DNA of 64,000 nucleotides from Candidatus Delongbacteria bacterium. Lineage in GTDB: Bacteria > UBA4055. The notes beneath the pieces are model-generated. The model was not told the DNA's origin. It did not search any database and was given only the letters and a program-made list of their open reading frames with translations. The stretch is from contig QKDR01000019.1 of the NCBI GenBank assembly GCA_003252515.1, positions 11,110 through 75,109 of the forward strand. The letters are read 5' to 3'. Shown here piece after piece: positions 8,537-18,168 of the stretch. Position 1 is the stretch's first letter. Each line of letters begins with the position of its first letter. The translations under genes and the position numbers were made by a program.

Positions 8537-10921
8537 ATGAGTAAAACCGGAGTATTTCTCTGCCAGTGCGGAGGTAACATCTCGAACACGATTGATCTTG
8601 AAAAGGTTACAGAAGATGTTAAGAAAAGATACGGCGATGATGTTGAGGTTAAGATTTTCTCACACATGTGTTCCGGCGCAGGTCAGAAGCTTATAAAGGA
8701 CGATATTGAAGCTCAGGGGCTCGACAGAGTGGTCGTTGCGGCATGTTCTCCGCAGTTCCATGAGAAGACCTTTAAGGGAGTAATGGAAAAAAGTGGCCTG
8801 AACCCTCATGTTCTTGAGATCGCGAATTTGAGAGAGCATATTTCCTGGACGCACAAGGACAAACCTGAGATCGCAACGGAAAAAGCGAAAGACATTGTCA
8901 GTGCTTCGGTCTCGAAAGTAAAACTCGACGAACCTCTCTTCCCGAAAACGATGAAACTTGGTGACAGAGTGCTTATAATAGGAGGCGGTATCGCAGGTAT
9001 ACAGACAGCCCTCGACCTGGCCGACTCGGGCAAAAAAGTAACGCTGGTCGAGAAACTGCCCACTATCGGCGGGAAAATGGCCGTTCTTACAAAGACCTTT
9101 CCTACTGAGGATTGTTCGGCATGTATAATCTCACCGAAGATGTCAGATGTTCAGGACCATCCGAACATAACTCTTTATACTAATTCGGATATCACCGACA
9201 TTCAGGGGCACAGACTTCATTTCAAAGCAACGATAAAGAACAAAGCCCGTTATATAAAAGACACGATAGATATGGACCAGTGCCTTTCATGCGAGAAATG
9301 CGTACAGGTATGTCCGGTTACCGTAAGAAACTACTGGGAGCAGGGCGTCATAAACAGAAAGGCCGTTTATATCCCTGCGGCCCTTGCAATACCATTCAGA
9401 TATACGGTCGATCCTGATGCATGCCTGAACTTCAAGGGCGAGACCTGCAATAAATGTGTGGAGATTTGTCCGCAGCAGGTGATCGATCTGACGCAGAAGG
9501 ACGAAGTGATCGAGGAAGTGTTCGATTCGATCGTAGTCGCAACCGGATTCGATCTATATGACGCGACGGAAAAGCCTGTCTTCGGATACGGCAAATACAA
9601 AAATGTAGTAACAGCGCTCGAGATGGAGAGGATAGTCGACCATATTAGCGAGGATCAGCCGCCGAGAGAGGTCGGGAACAGAGTGGCGTTCATACAGTGC
9701 GTGGGTTCAAGGGACGAACAGATCGGCAGAGAGTACTGTTCAAGGGTATGCTGCATGTACTCGGTCAAACTCGCTTCACTTTTAAAACAGGCGAAACCGG
9801 AAACGGATATTTATATTTTCTATACGGACCTCAGAGCTTTCGGAAAAGGTTTCGAGGAATATTATAAAAGAGCTCAGAAGATGGGAATTAAGTTCGTTAG
9901 GGGAAAACCTTCGCATTTCGCCGAGAATCCGTTCACGAAACAGGTTACTGTCAATGTAGAGGATACGCTTTCCAGAGATGTTATTGAGACCGATTTCGAT
10001 CTGGTCGTCCTTGCGAACGGTATCGGACTCAGCAAGGCTACGGATCCGATAGTTAATTTCCTGAAACTCGCGAAAAGCGAGGACGGTTTCCTAAAAGAGG
10101 CCCATCCGAAATATAAACCTGTAGATACGCTGATAGAGGGTGTTTTCATCGCCGGAACGGCGCAGGGACCGAAAGATATTCCTGACACTGTCGCTCAGGC
10201 GAGTGCTGCGGCATCTAGGGTTATGGTGACGCTTGCTCAAAAGGAATTCAAGATCGATCCTATACTGGCCTTTGTAAACCAGGAAAAATGCGACGGATGC
10301 AAACTCTGTCTGACGAACTGCCCGAAGAACGCGGTCCGGATGAATGATAGCGGCAAAGCGGAAGTCGAGGAGGCGCTCTGTCTTGGATGCGGGTCGTGCA
10401 TAGCAAGCTGCCCGACCGAAGCGCTGGACCTTTACGCGTACACTTCCGATCAGCTGTATGCCGCAATAGAAGCGATCTTCGCGAACAAAAAAGAAGATGA
10501 GAACAGGGTCCTCGTTTTTGCAGATGACAGCTGCACTTACCGTGTCGCCGATGCTCTGGGTGTCAGGAAGATGAAATACTCGACCGACGTAAGGATAATC
10601 AGAGTGCCTTCAAGCGGAAGGGTTACCCCGAGCCTGATGATGTACGCGATGAAGAAAGGCGCCGACGCGATCCTGATCGGGGACTGCGAGAAAGACAAGC
10701 TTAGAGTATCATGGACGAGCGAAATATGCAGAAAGAGCATTGACGCGGCTAAGAAGATACTGGCTGATGCGGGTGTAGACGGCGAAAGGATATATTTTGA
10801 CGAATTCACGGCAGGATCACTCGCAAAATTTGTTGACAGGGTTAACGGCATAGCCGAATCCGTCACAAAGATGAAAAAGATCACTTCTGATATAAGGGAG
10901 GAATTATGTCAAAGAAAATAA
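8537..10921 (+). CDS. hdrA: Heterodisulfide reductase subunit A-like flavoprotein fused to a C-terminal MvhD-like domain
   Basis: 794 aa with an FAD GxGxxG motif (IIGGGIAGIQTALDLA). HdrA-specific Cys motifs are present: DCSACII, CVGSRDE and CSRVCCMY. Four ferredoxin-type CxxCxxCxxxCP motifs follow (CLSCEKCVQVCP, CNKCVEICP, CDGCKLCLTNCP, CLGCGSCIASCP). The C-terminal ~140 aa resemble MvhD (VLVFADDSC...RVPSSGR...GADAILIGDC). Confidence 0.8.
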   Translation: MSKTGVFLCQCGGNISNTIDLEKVTEDVKKRYGDDVEVKIFSHMCSGAGQKLIKDDIEAQGLDRVVVAACSPQFHEKTFKGVMEKSGLNPHVLEIANLREHISWTHKDKPEIATEKAKDIVSASVSKVKLDEPLFPKTMKLGDRVLIIGGGIAGIQTALDLADSGKKVTLVEKLPTIGGKMAVLTKTFPTEDCSACIISPKMSDVQDHPNITLYTNSDITDIQGHRLHFKATIKNKARYIKDTIDMDQCLSCEKCVQVCPVTVRNYWEQGVINRKAVYIPAALAIPFRYTVDPDACLNFKGETCNKCVEICPQQVIDLTQKDEVIEEVFDSIVVATGFDLYDATEKPVFGYGKYKNVVTALEMERIVDHISEDQPPREVGNRVAFIQCVGSRDEQIGREYCSRVCCMYSVKLASLLKQAKPETDIYIFYTDLRAFGKGFEEYYKRAQKMGIKFVRGKPSHFAENPFTKQVTVNVEDTLSRDVIETDFDLVVLANGIGLSKATDPIVNFLKLAKSEDGFLKEAHPKYKPVDTLIEGVFIAGTAQGPKDIPDTVAQASAAASRVMVTLAQKEFKIDPILAFVNQEKCDGCKLCLTNCPKNAVRMNDSGKAEVEEALCLGCGSCIASCPTEALDLYAYTSDQLYAAIEAIFANKKEDENRVLVFADDSCTYRVADALGVRKMKYSTDVRIIRVPSSGRVTPSLMMYAMKKGADAILIGDCEKDKLRVSWTSEICRKSIDAAKKILADAGVDGERIYFDEFTAGSLAKFVDRVNGIAESVTKMKKITSDIREELCQRK

Positions 10922-11310
10922 AACTTACCGATAAGGGCGTCGAATTTCTGAAAAAAGTTCAGGAGCTCAGCGGAGAGATCATCACTCTGTGCGAACAGTG
11001 CGGGACCTGTACAGGCGGCTGTCCGTACGTGGATCAGATGGATATAACTCCTTCACAGATAATGAGAAAAACCATGCTGGGTCAGACGGACGTTCTGGAT
11101 TCGCAGACCATGTGGATATGCGCCTCATGCTTTACCTGTACGGTCAGGTGTCCGAGAATGTTAGACGTTTCAAAAGTCTCCGAAGCCCTCCGACAGGTTA
11201 AACTGAGAGAAGCGGTGGACAAGATCAATATAGACGGCATATCAGACGAGGACGCGAAAGAGCTTCCTTCAATTGCGGTAGTTTCCGCATTCAGAAAATT
11301 TACAGGTTAA
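10906..11310 (+). CDS. hdrC: HdrC-like subunit with two [4Fe-4S] clusters
   Basis: 134 aa with two cluster motifs, CEQCGTCTGGCP and CASCFTCTVRCP. It overlaps the hdrA stop by 16 nt, which indicates translational coupling. Confidence 0.7.
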   Translation: MSKKIKLTDKGVEFLKKVQELSGEIITLCEQCGTCTGGCPYVDQMDITPSQIMRKTMLGQTDVLDSQTMWICASCFTCTVRCPRMLDVSKVSEALRQVKLREAVDKINIDGISDEDAKELPSIAVVSAFRKFTG

Positions 11311-11333
11311 TTTAAATTTCAGGATATAGTAAA

Positions 11334-12236
11334 ATGAAAAAAAATATAAAAATATCCTATTTCCCCGGCTGTACTCTGAAAACTACCGCGAAGAACTTTG
11401 AAAGGTCCGCAGTTAAAGCAGGAGGGCTGATAGGTATAGAAATGGTCGAACTGTCGAAATGGAACTGCTGTGGCGTCGTCACCTCGCTCACAAGCGACGA
11501 TCTCATGAAGCACGTGGCACCGATAAGGAATTTTGTTCGCGCCGAAGAGATGAAAGATCAGGGACTGGTCAACGACAGCAGGATGCTCATTCTCTGCTCC
11601 ATGTGCTTCAACACAATGAAAAGAAGTAACAAAAGAGTAAGAGAGAACGCAGAAGACCTAAAATCTATAAACGATTTCATGTATCTGGAGAAAGATTATA
11701 ACGGATCCGTAGGTGTGGTCCACTATCTGGAACTTATGGCTGAGATCGGTTTCGATAATATTGCCGGAAAGATCAAAAAACAGCTGAAAGGTCTTAAGAT
11801 CGCCCCTTATTACGGGTGTATGCTTCTCAGACCGAAAGACATCGGTATAGATGACGCGGAAGCTCCTCACATTATAGAGGACTTCATAGGATCGGTAGGC
11901 GCCGAATCCGTCGGCTGGGACGCAAAAAGCAGATGTTGCGGAAGTTACCATACGGTCAACAACAAGGACATTGTGGTAAATCTGGCTAAAGGGATCATCG
12001 AGAACGCGAGACTTCACGGTGCGGAAGCTCTTATAACATCATGCCCGCTTTGCGCTTTCAATCTCGATAACAGGCAGAAACTAATAATGGAGAAAGATCC
12101 GAATTTCAGACCGATGCCGGTATTCTATTTTACTCAGCTTCTCGCTCTTGCGCTGGGACTCGGGGAAGAAGATATCGGGCTGGAAGGGAATTTCATTGAT
12201 ACCAAACCGCTTCTGAAAGAAAAAAATTTAATATAA
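11334..12236 (+). CDS. hdrB: HdrB-like subunit with two CCG Cys-rich domains
   Basis: 300 aa with duplicated CCG domains: YFPGCTL...NCCGV and YYGCMLLRP...RCCGS...CPLCAFN. Confidence 0.8.
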   Translation: MKKNIKISYFPGCTLKTTAKNFERSAVKAGGLIGIEMVELSKWNCCGVVTSLTSDDLMKHVAPIRNFVRAEEMKDQGLVNDSRMLILCSMCFNTMKRSNKRVRENAEDLKSINDFMYLEKDYNGSVGVVHYLELMAEIGFDNIAGKIKKQLKGLKIAPYYGCMLLRPKDIGIDDAEAPHIIEDFIGSVGAESVGWDAKSRCCGSYHTVNNKDIVVNLAKGIIENARLHGAEALITSCPLCAFNLDNRQKLIMEKDPNFRPMPVFYFTQLLALALGLGEEDIGLEGNFIDTKPLLKEKNLI

Positions 12237-12250
12237 TAACGGGAGTAATT

Positions 12251-12937
12251 ATGTCAGATACTCAAAAGATGGTCAGGGTGTATATCATGGGCGAAGCCTA
12301 CATGGTTCCCGAAAGCTCGACTATCATAATGGCTTTCGAGTATGCCGGTTTCCAGCTTAAGAAAGGGGTCGGATGCCGTGAGGGATACTGCGGAGCCTGT
12401 GCAACGGTCTATCGCGAAAAAGGCGACTATAAACTTAAAGGCGGGCTCGGATGTCAGACGGTCGTTTCGGAAGGAATGTATATAGCTCAGATACCTTTCG
12501 TACCTGCTGATAAACCTAAATACGATATCAATGAACTGGCTCCTGACGTATCAACGTTCATGGAACTTTATCCGAGTGTCTTCAGGTGCGTGTCGTGCAA
12601 TACATGTACCAAAGCCTGTCCTCAGGATATTCAGGTCATGGATTACGTTCAGGCAATAATCAAAGGAGATATAGCTAAATCGGCCCAGTTGTCGTTCGAC
12701 TGTATCAGATGCGGTCTGTGCGCTCTCAGATGTCCGGCGGAGATAGTTCAGTTCAACGTCGCGATCCTGGCTCAAAGACTCTACGGAAAATATCTTTCTC
12801 CCAAGAACGAGCAGCTTGACAACAGGGTAAAGGAGGTCGAGGAAGGCAAGTACGACGGAGAGATAAAGAAAATGATGAACATGGAAAAGAGGGAATTGAC
12901 TGACATGTATTTCGGACGCGAGATCAAGATATCGTAA
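12251..12937 (+). CDS. Succinate dehydrogenase/fumarate reductase iron-sulfur subunit-like protein ([2Fe-2S] plus two [4Fe-4S])
   Basis: 228 aa. The N-terminal [2Fe-2S] ferredoxin fold is CREGYCGACA....GC. Two CxxCxxCxxxCP motifs follow (CVSCNTCTKACP, CIRCGLCALRCP). Confidence 0.75.
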   Translation: MSDTQKMVRVYIMGEAYMVPESSTIIMAFEYAGFQLKKGVGCREGYCGACATVYREKGDYKLKGGLGCQTVVSEGMYIAQIPFVPADKPKYDINELAPDVSTFMELYPSVFRCVSCNTCTKACPQDIQVMDYVQAIIKGDIAKSAQLSFDCIRCGLCALRCPAEIVQFNVAILAQRLYGKYLSPKNEQLDNRVKEVEEGKYDGEIKKMMNMEKRELTDMYFGREIKIS

Positions 12938-12963
12938 TAAAGACCAATTTTAAGGAGTAAAAA

Positions 12964-14634
12964 ATGTATCCTGAATATATGATGGAATCAATAAGGAAAG
13001 TTGAAGCGACCAGAGGTGAAAGGCTTGAACTTGTCCGTAAAAAAGGTAAAATGATCTATCCCGGGATGAGCGAGCAGGAAAGGAAAGAAGTTCTTGATAA
13101 TTTTCACCCCGATTACAAATCCGATGCCAGAAGGAAGGTCAAAGTCGGTCCGGATAAAGATCTGATAATGACGACAGAGATAGCAGATATGTTAGAATCG
13201 TATTCGAGGATCGACATAAAAAAATTCGACCTGACAAAGCCTGATTTCGAGACCGATGTCTTCGTGATCGGAGCAGGGTCCGCCGGGATGTCGGCCGCGC
13301 TCGTGGCGTCCGAGAACGGAGCGGACGTTCTTCTCGCGACAAAGCTGAGGCTCGGGGACGCGAACTCCATGATGGCTCAGGGCGGTATTCAGGCGGCGGA
13401 CGCAAAAGACGACTCCCCGGCGATCCACTATCTTGACGTGATCGGCGGAGGGCATTTCGACAACAAGCCCGAACTGGTGGAGGCTCTCGTGAATGATGCT
13501 CCCAAGTCGATAAAATGGCTTGAAGAGCTCGGAGTAATGTTCGACAAGGAAAAAGACGGCAGGATGACCGTGAAATCCGGCGGCGGTACAAGCAGGAACA
13601 GAATGCATTCGGCAAGAGACTATACCGGTGCGGCTATCTGCAAGGTTATCAGGGATGAAGTCTACAACAGAATGGACAAGATCAAATATTTAGAGTATAC
13701 TGCTGCAGTCGAACTCATACTGAACGAAAAGAAAGAAGTGGCGGGGGCTGTTATTTATCACCTTGAAACCAAGCAGTATTCAATTGTAAAAGCAAAATCT
13801 GTGATCATCGCTACCGGTGGGTTCGGAAGACTGCACATCAGAGGTTACGAAACGACCAATCACTATGGAGCGACTGCGGACGGACTTATTATGGCTTACA
13901 GAGCAGGCGCGAACCTGCTGTATATGGACTCTGTACAGTACCACCCGACAGGCGCTGTTTATCCTGAGCAGATCGTAGGATTCCTATGTACCGAGAAGAT
14001 CAGAGGTCTTGGCGCTCAACCTGTCAACAAGGACGGCGAACTGTTCGTATATCCGCTTGAACCGAGAGATATCGAAGCGTCGGCTTTTATCAGAGAATGC
14101 GAGAAAGGTAAGGGAATTAAAACACCTTCCGGGCTTCATGGGATCTGGCTTGACACACCTCTGATCGAGCAGATAAGCGGTGAAGGAACCATAGAGAAAG
14201 CTCTCCCCGCCATGCTCAGGCAGTACGAAAGATTCGATATTGACATAAGGAAATATCCTATGCTTGTTTATCCGACTCTGCATTATCAGAATGGCGGTAT
14301 AGAGATCAACGCTAAAAGCGAATCGAAGATACCGGGACTGTATGTTGCGGGAGAAGCTACAGGCGGAGTTCACGGACGGAACAGACTGATGGGCAACTCT
14401 CAGCTTGACATTATCGTATTCGGCAAAAGAGCAGGCTACTATGCTTCAGAAAGATCGAAAGGGATCAAAGACGCAGGCAAACTCTCTCTTGAACACGTGA
14501 CCGCATACAATAAGGAAGTAGAAGCCCTCGGTATCGAAAAGAGCAAAATAGCTCCTATAATACTGCCGGATTACATTCCTGACCATGTAAAAGCGAAACA
14601 GCTCGTGAACGAATATAACGGAACTCTTATATAA
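12964..14634 (+). CDS. Fumarate reductase/succinate dehydrogenase flavoprotein subunit-like protein (FAD)
   Basis: 556 aa with FAD dinucleotide binding (VFVIGAGSAGMSAALVA...SMMAQGGIQAA) and the FrdA/SdhA catalytic region (HYGATADG..., YHPTG, RGLGA). By-eye alignment to E. coli FrdA places Asn/Ser where the covalent-FAD histidine sits. Confidence 0.8.
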   Translation: MYPEYMMESIRKVEATRGERLELVRKKGKMIYPGMSEQERKEVLDNFHPDYKSDARRKVKVGPDKDLIMTTEIADMLESYSRIDIKKFDLTKPDFETDVFVIGAGSAGMSAALVASENGADVLLATKLRLGDANSMMAQGGIQAADAKDDSPAIHYLDVIGGGHFDNKPELVEALVNDAPKSIKWLEELGVMFDKEKDGRMTVKSGGGTSRNRMHSARDYTGAAICKVIRDEVYNRMDKIKYLEYTAAVELILNEKKEVAGAVIYHLETKQYSIVKAKSVIIATGGFGRLHIRGYETTNHYGATADGLIMAYRAGANLLYMDSVQYHPTGAVYPEQIVGFLCTEKIRGLGAQPVNKDGELFVYPLEPRDIEASAFIRECEKGKGIKTPSGLHGIWLDTPLIEQISGEGTIEKALPAMLRQYERFDIDIRKYPMLVYPTLHYQNGGIEINAKSESKIPGLYVAGEATGGVHGRNRLMGNSQLDIIVFGKRAGYYASERSKGIKDAGKLSLEHVTAYNKEVEALGIEKSKIAPIILPDYIPDHVKAKQLVNEYNGTLI

Positions 14635-14656
14635 AGAAAATATAAGCAGGTGAATT

Positions 14657-15832
14657 ATGAAGATCCATGAATATCAGGCAAAAGAGCTTTTTGTCAGGTA
14701 CGGCATTCCCGTTCCGCCGGGAAAAATGACAGACAATCCTGAACAGGCGTCGGAAGCCGCGAAGTCGATCGGCGGAGGAATATGGGCGGTCAAAGCCCAG
14801 ATTCACGCAGGCGGCAGAGGCAAGGGCGGCGGAGTCAGACTGGCAAAAAGTCTCACTGAGGTAAACGAGCACGCAAAAGCGATCCTCGGGATGAACCTTG
14901 TCACCGCACAGACCGGTCCGGAAGGACAGCCGGTCAGAAAAATATATATCGAAGGCGGTGTAGATATTGCCAGAGAGTTTTATCTCGGTATGATACTCGA
15001 CAGATCCGCAGAGATGCCTGTAATGATGCTGTCGTCCGAAGGCGGGATGGAGATCGAGAAAGTAGCCGCCGAATCTCCCGAGAAGATAATAAAGATCTAT
15101 GTTGATCCGCTTTTCGGACTGAAGAAGTTCCAGATACTTGAAGCCGGTTACAAACTGGGGCTTCATAAAGACGATATAAAAGAACTGTATGTGTTCGCGA
15201 AAGGTCTCTATGATCTTTATACCGGGCTGGATGCGAGTATAGTCGAGATAAACCCTCTGGTGCTTACCAAAGAAGGTCGGTTCATTGCGCTGGACGCTAA
15301 AATCGTGTTCGATGATAATGCATTGTTCAGACATAATGAAGTGGTTGAAATGAGAGATTTTTCTGAAGAGGAACCCGCGGAGACAGAAGCAGGTAAATAC
15401 GGGCTGAGTTATGTTAAACTTGACGGTAATGTCGGGTGTATGGTGAACGGAGCAGGACTTGCAATGACCACAATGGACGTGATAAAGCTGGTTGGAGGAG
15501 AACCTGCCAATTTTCTTGATGTCGGAGGCAACGCAAGTGCAAAAACTGTAGCCAAAGGGTTCGAGATTATACTTAATGATCCTAACGTCAAGGTGATCTT
15601 CGTTAATATTTTCGGAGGTATCGTCAGATGCGACAGGATAGCGAACGGAATTCTTGAGGCGATAGGAGGTACCGGAATAAATATCCCGATAATAGTAAGG
15701 CTGGACGGTACTAACGCCCCGGAGGCTCTGGAGATACTGAAAAAGGCAGGTAATCCAAATATTATTACATCGGACAGACTGTCAGCAGGTGCAAAACTTG
15801 CTGTTCAGGTAGCTGCGGGAGGTGAAAAATGA
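14657..15832 (+). CDS. sucC: Succinyl-CoA synthetase (ADP-forming) beta subunit
   Basis: 391 aa. The canonical SucC N-terminus is [20 protein letters not shown], followed by an ATP-grasp fold. It overlaps sucD by 4 nt. Confidence 0.95.
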   Translation: MKIHEYQAKELFVRYGIPVPPGKMTDNPEQASEAAKSIGGGIWAVKAQIHAGGRGKGGGVRLAKSLTEVNEHAKAILGMNLVTAQTGPEGQPVRKIYIEGGVDIAREFYLGMILDRSAEMPVMMLSSEGGMEIEKVAAESPEKIIKIYVDPLFGLKKFQILEAGYKLGLHKDDIKELYVFAKGLYDLYTGLDASIVEINPLVLTKEGRFIALDAKIVFDDNALFRHNEVVEMRDFSEEEPAETEAGKYGLSYVKLDGNVGCMVNGAGLAMTTMDVIKLVGGEPANFLDVGGNASAKTVAKGFEIILNDPNVKVIFVNIFGGIVRCDRIANGILEAIGGTGINIPIIVRLDGTNAPEALEILKKAGNPNIITSDRLSAGAKLAVQVAAGGEK

Positions 15833-16707
15833 GCATATTGGTAGGCAGCGGATCAAAAGTTATCGTGCAGGGATTTACCGGGAAAGAAGGCACTTTTCAC
15901 GCTCAGCAATGTATTGAATACGGTACGAACATCGTGGGCGGCGTAACGCCCGGAAAAGGCGGTGAACACCATCTCGACAGGAAAGTGTTCAATACTGTAA
16001 AAGATGCTGTCGCTGAAACCGGAGCGGACGTATCTCTTATCTTCGTCCCGCCGTCTTCAGGCGGTGAGGCTATTATCGAGGCCGCATATGCCGGGATAAA
16101 GATAATAGTCTGCATAACGGAAGGTATTCCCGTGCTGGATGTATTGAAAGCGAAAAAATACGCAGAAATGAAAGGCGCAAGGCTTATAGGACCGAACTGT
16201 CCGGGTATAATTACACCGGAAGAAGCTAAAATAGGTATTATGCCGGGAAATATTTTCAGGAAAGGCAGAGTGGGGCTGATATCCAAATCGGGCACTTTGA
16301 CATACGAGGCGGCAAATCAGATCGTCAAGGCGGGTTTCGGAATTTCGACCGCTATCGGAATAGGCGGAGATCAGATAATCGGAACTACATTTATCGACGC
16401 GCTTAAACTTTTCAAAGAAGACGATAAAACTAAGGCTGTAGTACTTATAGGTGAGATCGGTGGTGATCTTGAGATACAGGCCGCTGAATATATAAAAAAG
16501 GAATTCAACAAACCTGTGATGGCTTTTATAGCCGGACAGACAGCTCCGAAAGGTAAAAGGATGGGACATGCCGGAGCGATCATAGCCAGTTCGAAAGGTA
16601 CCGCTGAAGAAAAAATAAAAGCTCTCAGGAACGCCGGTGTCGCGGTATGCGATATACCCGAGTGTTTCGGCGAACTTTTAAAGAAGGAGTTCGAAGGAAT
16701 AGCTTAA
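15829..16707 (+). CDS. sucD: Succinyl-CoA synthetase alpha subunit
   Basis: 292 aa with the CoA-binding N-terminus [15 protein letters not shown]. The phospho-His loop (GHAGAII) is present. Confidence 0.95.
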   Translation: MSILVGSGSKVIVQGFTGKEGTFHAQQCIEYGTNIVGGVTPGKGGEHHLDRKVFNTVKDAVAETGADVSLIFVPPSSGGEAIIEAAYAGIKIIVCITEGIPVLDVLKAKKYAEMKGARLIGPNCPGIITPEEAKIGIMPGNIFRKGRVGLISKSGTLTYEAANQIVKAGFGISTAIGIGGDQIIGTTFIDALKLFKEDDKTKAVVLIGEIGGDLEIQAAEYIKKEFNKPVMAFIAGQTAPKGKRMGHAGAIIASSKGTAEEKIKALRNAGVAVCDIPECFGELLKKEFEGIA

Positions 16708-16719
16708 AACGGAGGGACT

Positions 16720-17565
16720 ATGAGAGAAATACATACTGACGACATAATATCCTCGGTAAAAAAACTCAGTATAGAAGCCAACTATTATCTCAGTGAAGAC
16801 GTGATCCGAAGAATAGAGTATCTAAAAGAAAAAGAGGAATCGGGAACGGCTGTCGAAGTCCTGAACATACTACTTGAGAATTATAAAATGGCCGCGAAGG
16901 AGAAGATGCCGATCTGTCAGGATACGGGTATTGCTGTCGTATTCCTCGAGATAGGTCAGGATGTACATATTATCGGCGGGGACCTGACCGAGGCCATAAA
17001 CGAGGGCGTCAGACAGGGTTATAAGAACGGCTATCTCAGGAAGTCTATGGTTGACGATCCGATAGTCGACCGCAAGAACACGACCGACAACACTCCTGCT
17101 ATAATCTATACCGACATCGTTCCCGGTGACAAAATGAAGATCACTCTCGCTCCGAAAGGCGGCGGCTCCGAAAACATGAGCGAAGTTAAGATGATGAAGG
17201 CTGCCGACGGCATAGAAGGCGTGATAAGCTTCGTTGTCGACAGGATAAAAAGATCGGGCGGCAATCCGTGTCCGCCGATTGTTGTAGGTGTTGGTCTCGG
17301 CGGCAATTTTGAACAGAGCGCCCTGCTCGCCAAGAAGTCTCTTCTCAGAAACCTCGACGAACCTAATCCTGATCCTAAATGGGAAAAGGTCGAGAACGAA
17401 ATACTCGAGAAAATAAATAAACTCGGCATCGGTCCGCAGGGACTGGGCGGAAGAACAACAGCCCTTGCCGTTCATATACTAACGAAACCTTGTCATATTG
17501 CGTCAATGCCGGTAGCCGTGAACGTCCAGTGCCACGCGGCAAGACATAAATCCGTAATATTGTAA
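16720..17565 (+). CDS. Fe-S hydro-lyase alpha subunit (class I fumarate hydratase / tartrate dehydratase alpha type)
   Basis: 281 aa. CQDTGIAVVFLEIGQD is the characteristic FumA/TtdA N-terminal catalytic motif. Confidence 0.85.
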   Translation: MREIHTDDIISSVKKLSIEANYYLSEDVIRRIEYLKEKEESGTAVEVLNILLENYKMAAKEKMPICQDTGIAVVFLEIGQDVHIIGGDLTEAINEGVRQGYKNGYLRKSMVDDPIVDRKNTTDNTPAIIYTDIVPGDKMKITLAPKGGGSENMSEVKMMKAADGIEGVISFVVDRIKRSGGNPCPPIVVGVGLGGNFEQSALLAKKSLLRNLDEPNPDPKWEKVENEILEKINKLGIGPQGLGGRTTALAVHILTKPCHIASMPVAVNVQCHAARHKSVIL

Positions 17566-17577
17566 CCGGAGGGAAAT

Positions 17578-18132
17578 ATGCCTAAAACAGTTTATCTTAA
17601 AACACCGTTGAAAAGCAGTGACCTTACCGGGCTCGAGATAGGCGACAAGGTCTTTATTACGGGAACGGTCTATACCGCCAGAGACGCGGCTCACAAGAGG
17701 CTTGTTCAGCTTTTGGAAAAAGGGGAAAAACTGCCTTTTGATCCTCATGGTCAGATCATATATTATGTCGGACCTGCGCCTACTCCTCCCGGAAAAGCGA
17801 TAGGATCGGCGGGACCGACAACAAGCTACAGGATGGACCCTTATGCTCCGGCTCTCATGGATGCAGGTATCAAGGCTATGATCGGTAAAGGCGAAAGGAG
17901 TAAAGCAGTAATTGATTCGATGATAAAGAATCAGGCTGTTTATCTCGCAGCTATAGGCGGAGCGGCTGTCGTTATATCTGAATCGATAAAAAAATCAGAA
18001 ATAATAGCATATGAAGATCTGGGCGCGGAAGCAATAAGGAAGCTTGAGGTGGAGAATTTCCCCTGCATAGTCGCGAACGATGTTAAAGGAAACGATATCT
18101 TTATCGAGGGCGTAAAGAAGTATAAAAGATGA
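17578..18132 (+). CDS. Fe-S hydro-lyase beta subunit (class I fumarate hydratase beta type)
   Basis: 184 aa resembling the FumA C-terminal/TtdB domain (GTVYTARDAAHKRL..., GKGERS). It pairs with the upstream alpha subunit. Confidence 0.85.
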   Translation: MPKTVYLKTPLKSSDLTGLEIGDKVFITGTVYTARDAAHKRLVQLLEKGEKLPFDPHGQIIYYVGPAPTPPGKAIGSAGPTTSYRMDPYAPALMDAGIKAMIGKGERSKAVIDSMIKNQAVYLAAIGGAAVVISESIKKSEIIAYEDLGAEAIRKLEVENFPCIVANDVKGNDIFIEGVKKYKR

Positions 18133-18168
18133 AGCTTATGAAATATAAATAAACAGCGGGAGTAAAAA

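Noticed and set aside
13139-13615. Arg/Ser/Pro-rich 158-aa ORF (and the overlapping 138-aa ORF) antisense to the frdA-like gene
   Set aside because: It lies entirely inside a well-supported CDS on the opposite strand. Its low-complexity Arg-rich composition is typical of antisense translation of a GC-richer coding segment. It has no RBS or start context.
12964-14634. Alternative reading of the flavoprotein as L-aspartate oxidase (NadB)
   Set aside because: Its size (556 aa), the adjacent SdhB-like [2Fe-2S]/[4Fe-4S] partner, and its embedding between hdr and sucCD/fumarase genes all favour a fumarate reductase/succinate dehydrogenase role. No nadA/nadC genes lie nearby.
14627-15334. 235-aa ORF antisense to sucC
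   Set aside because: It is fully embedded in the highly conserved sucC CDS and shows no recognisable domain, so it is a spurious shadow ORF.
16057-17475. Minus-strand ORFs of 170, 201 and 107 aa overlapping sucD and the fumarase alpha subunit
   Set aside because: They are antisense to strongly conserved genes and have no domains.
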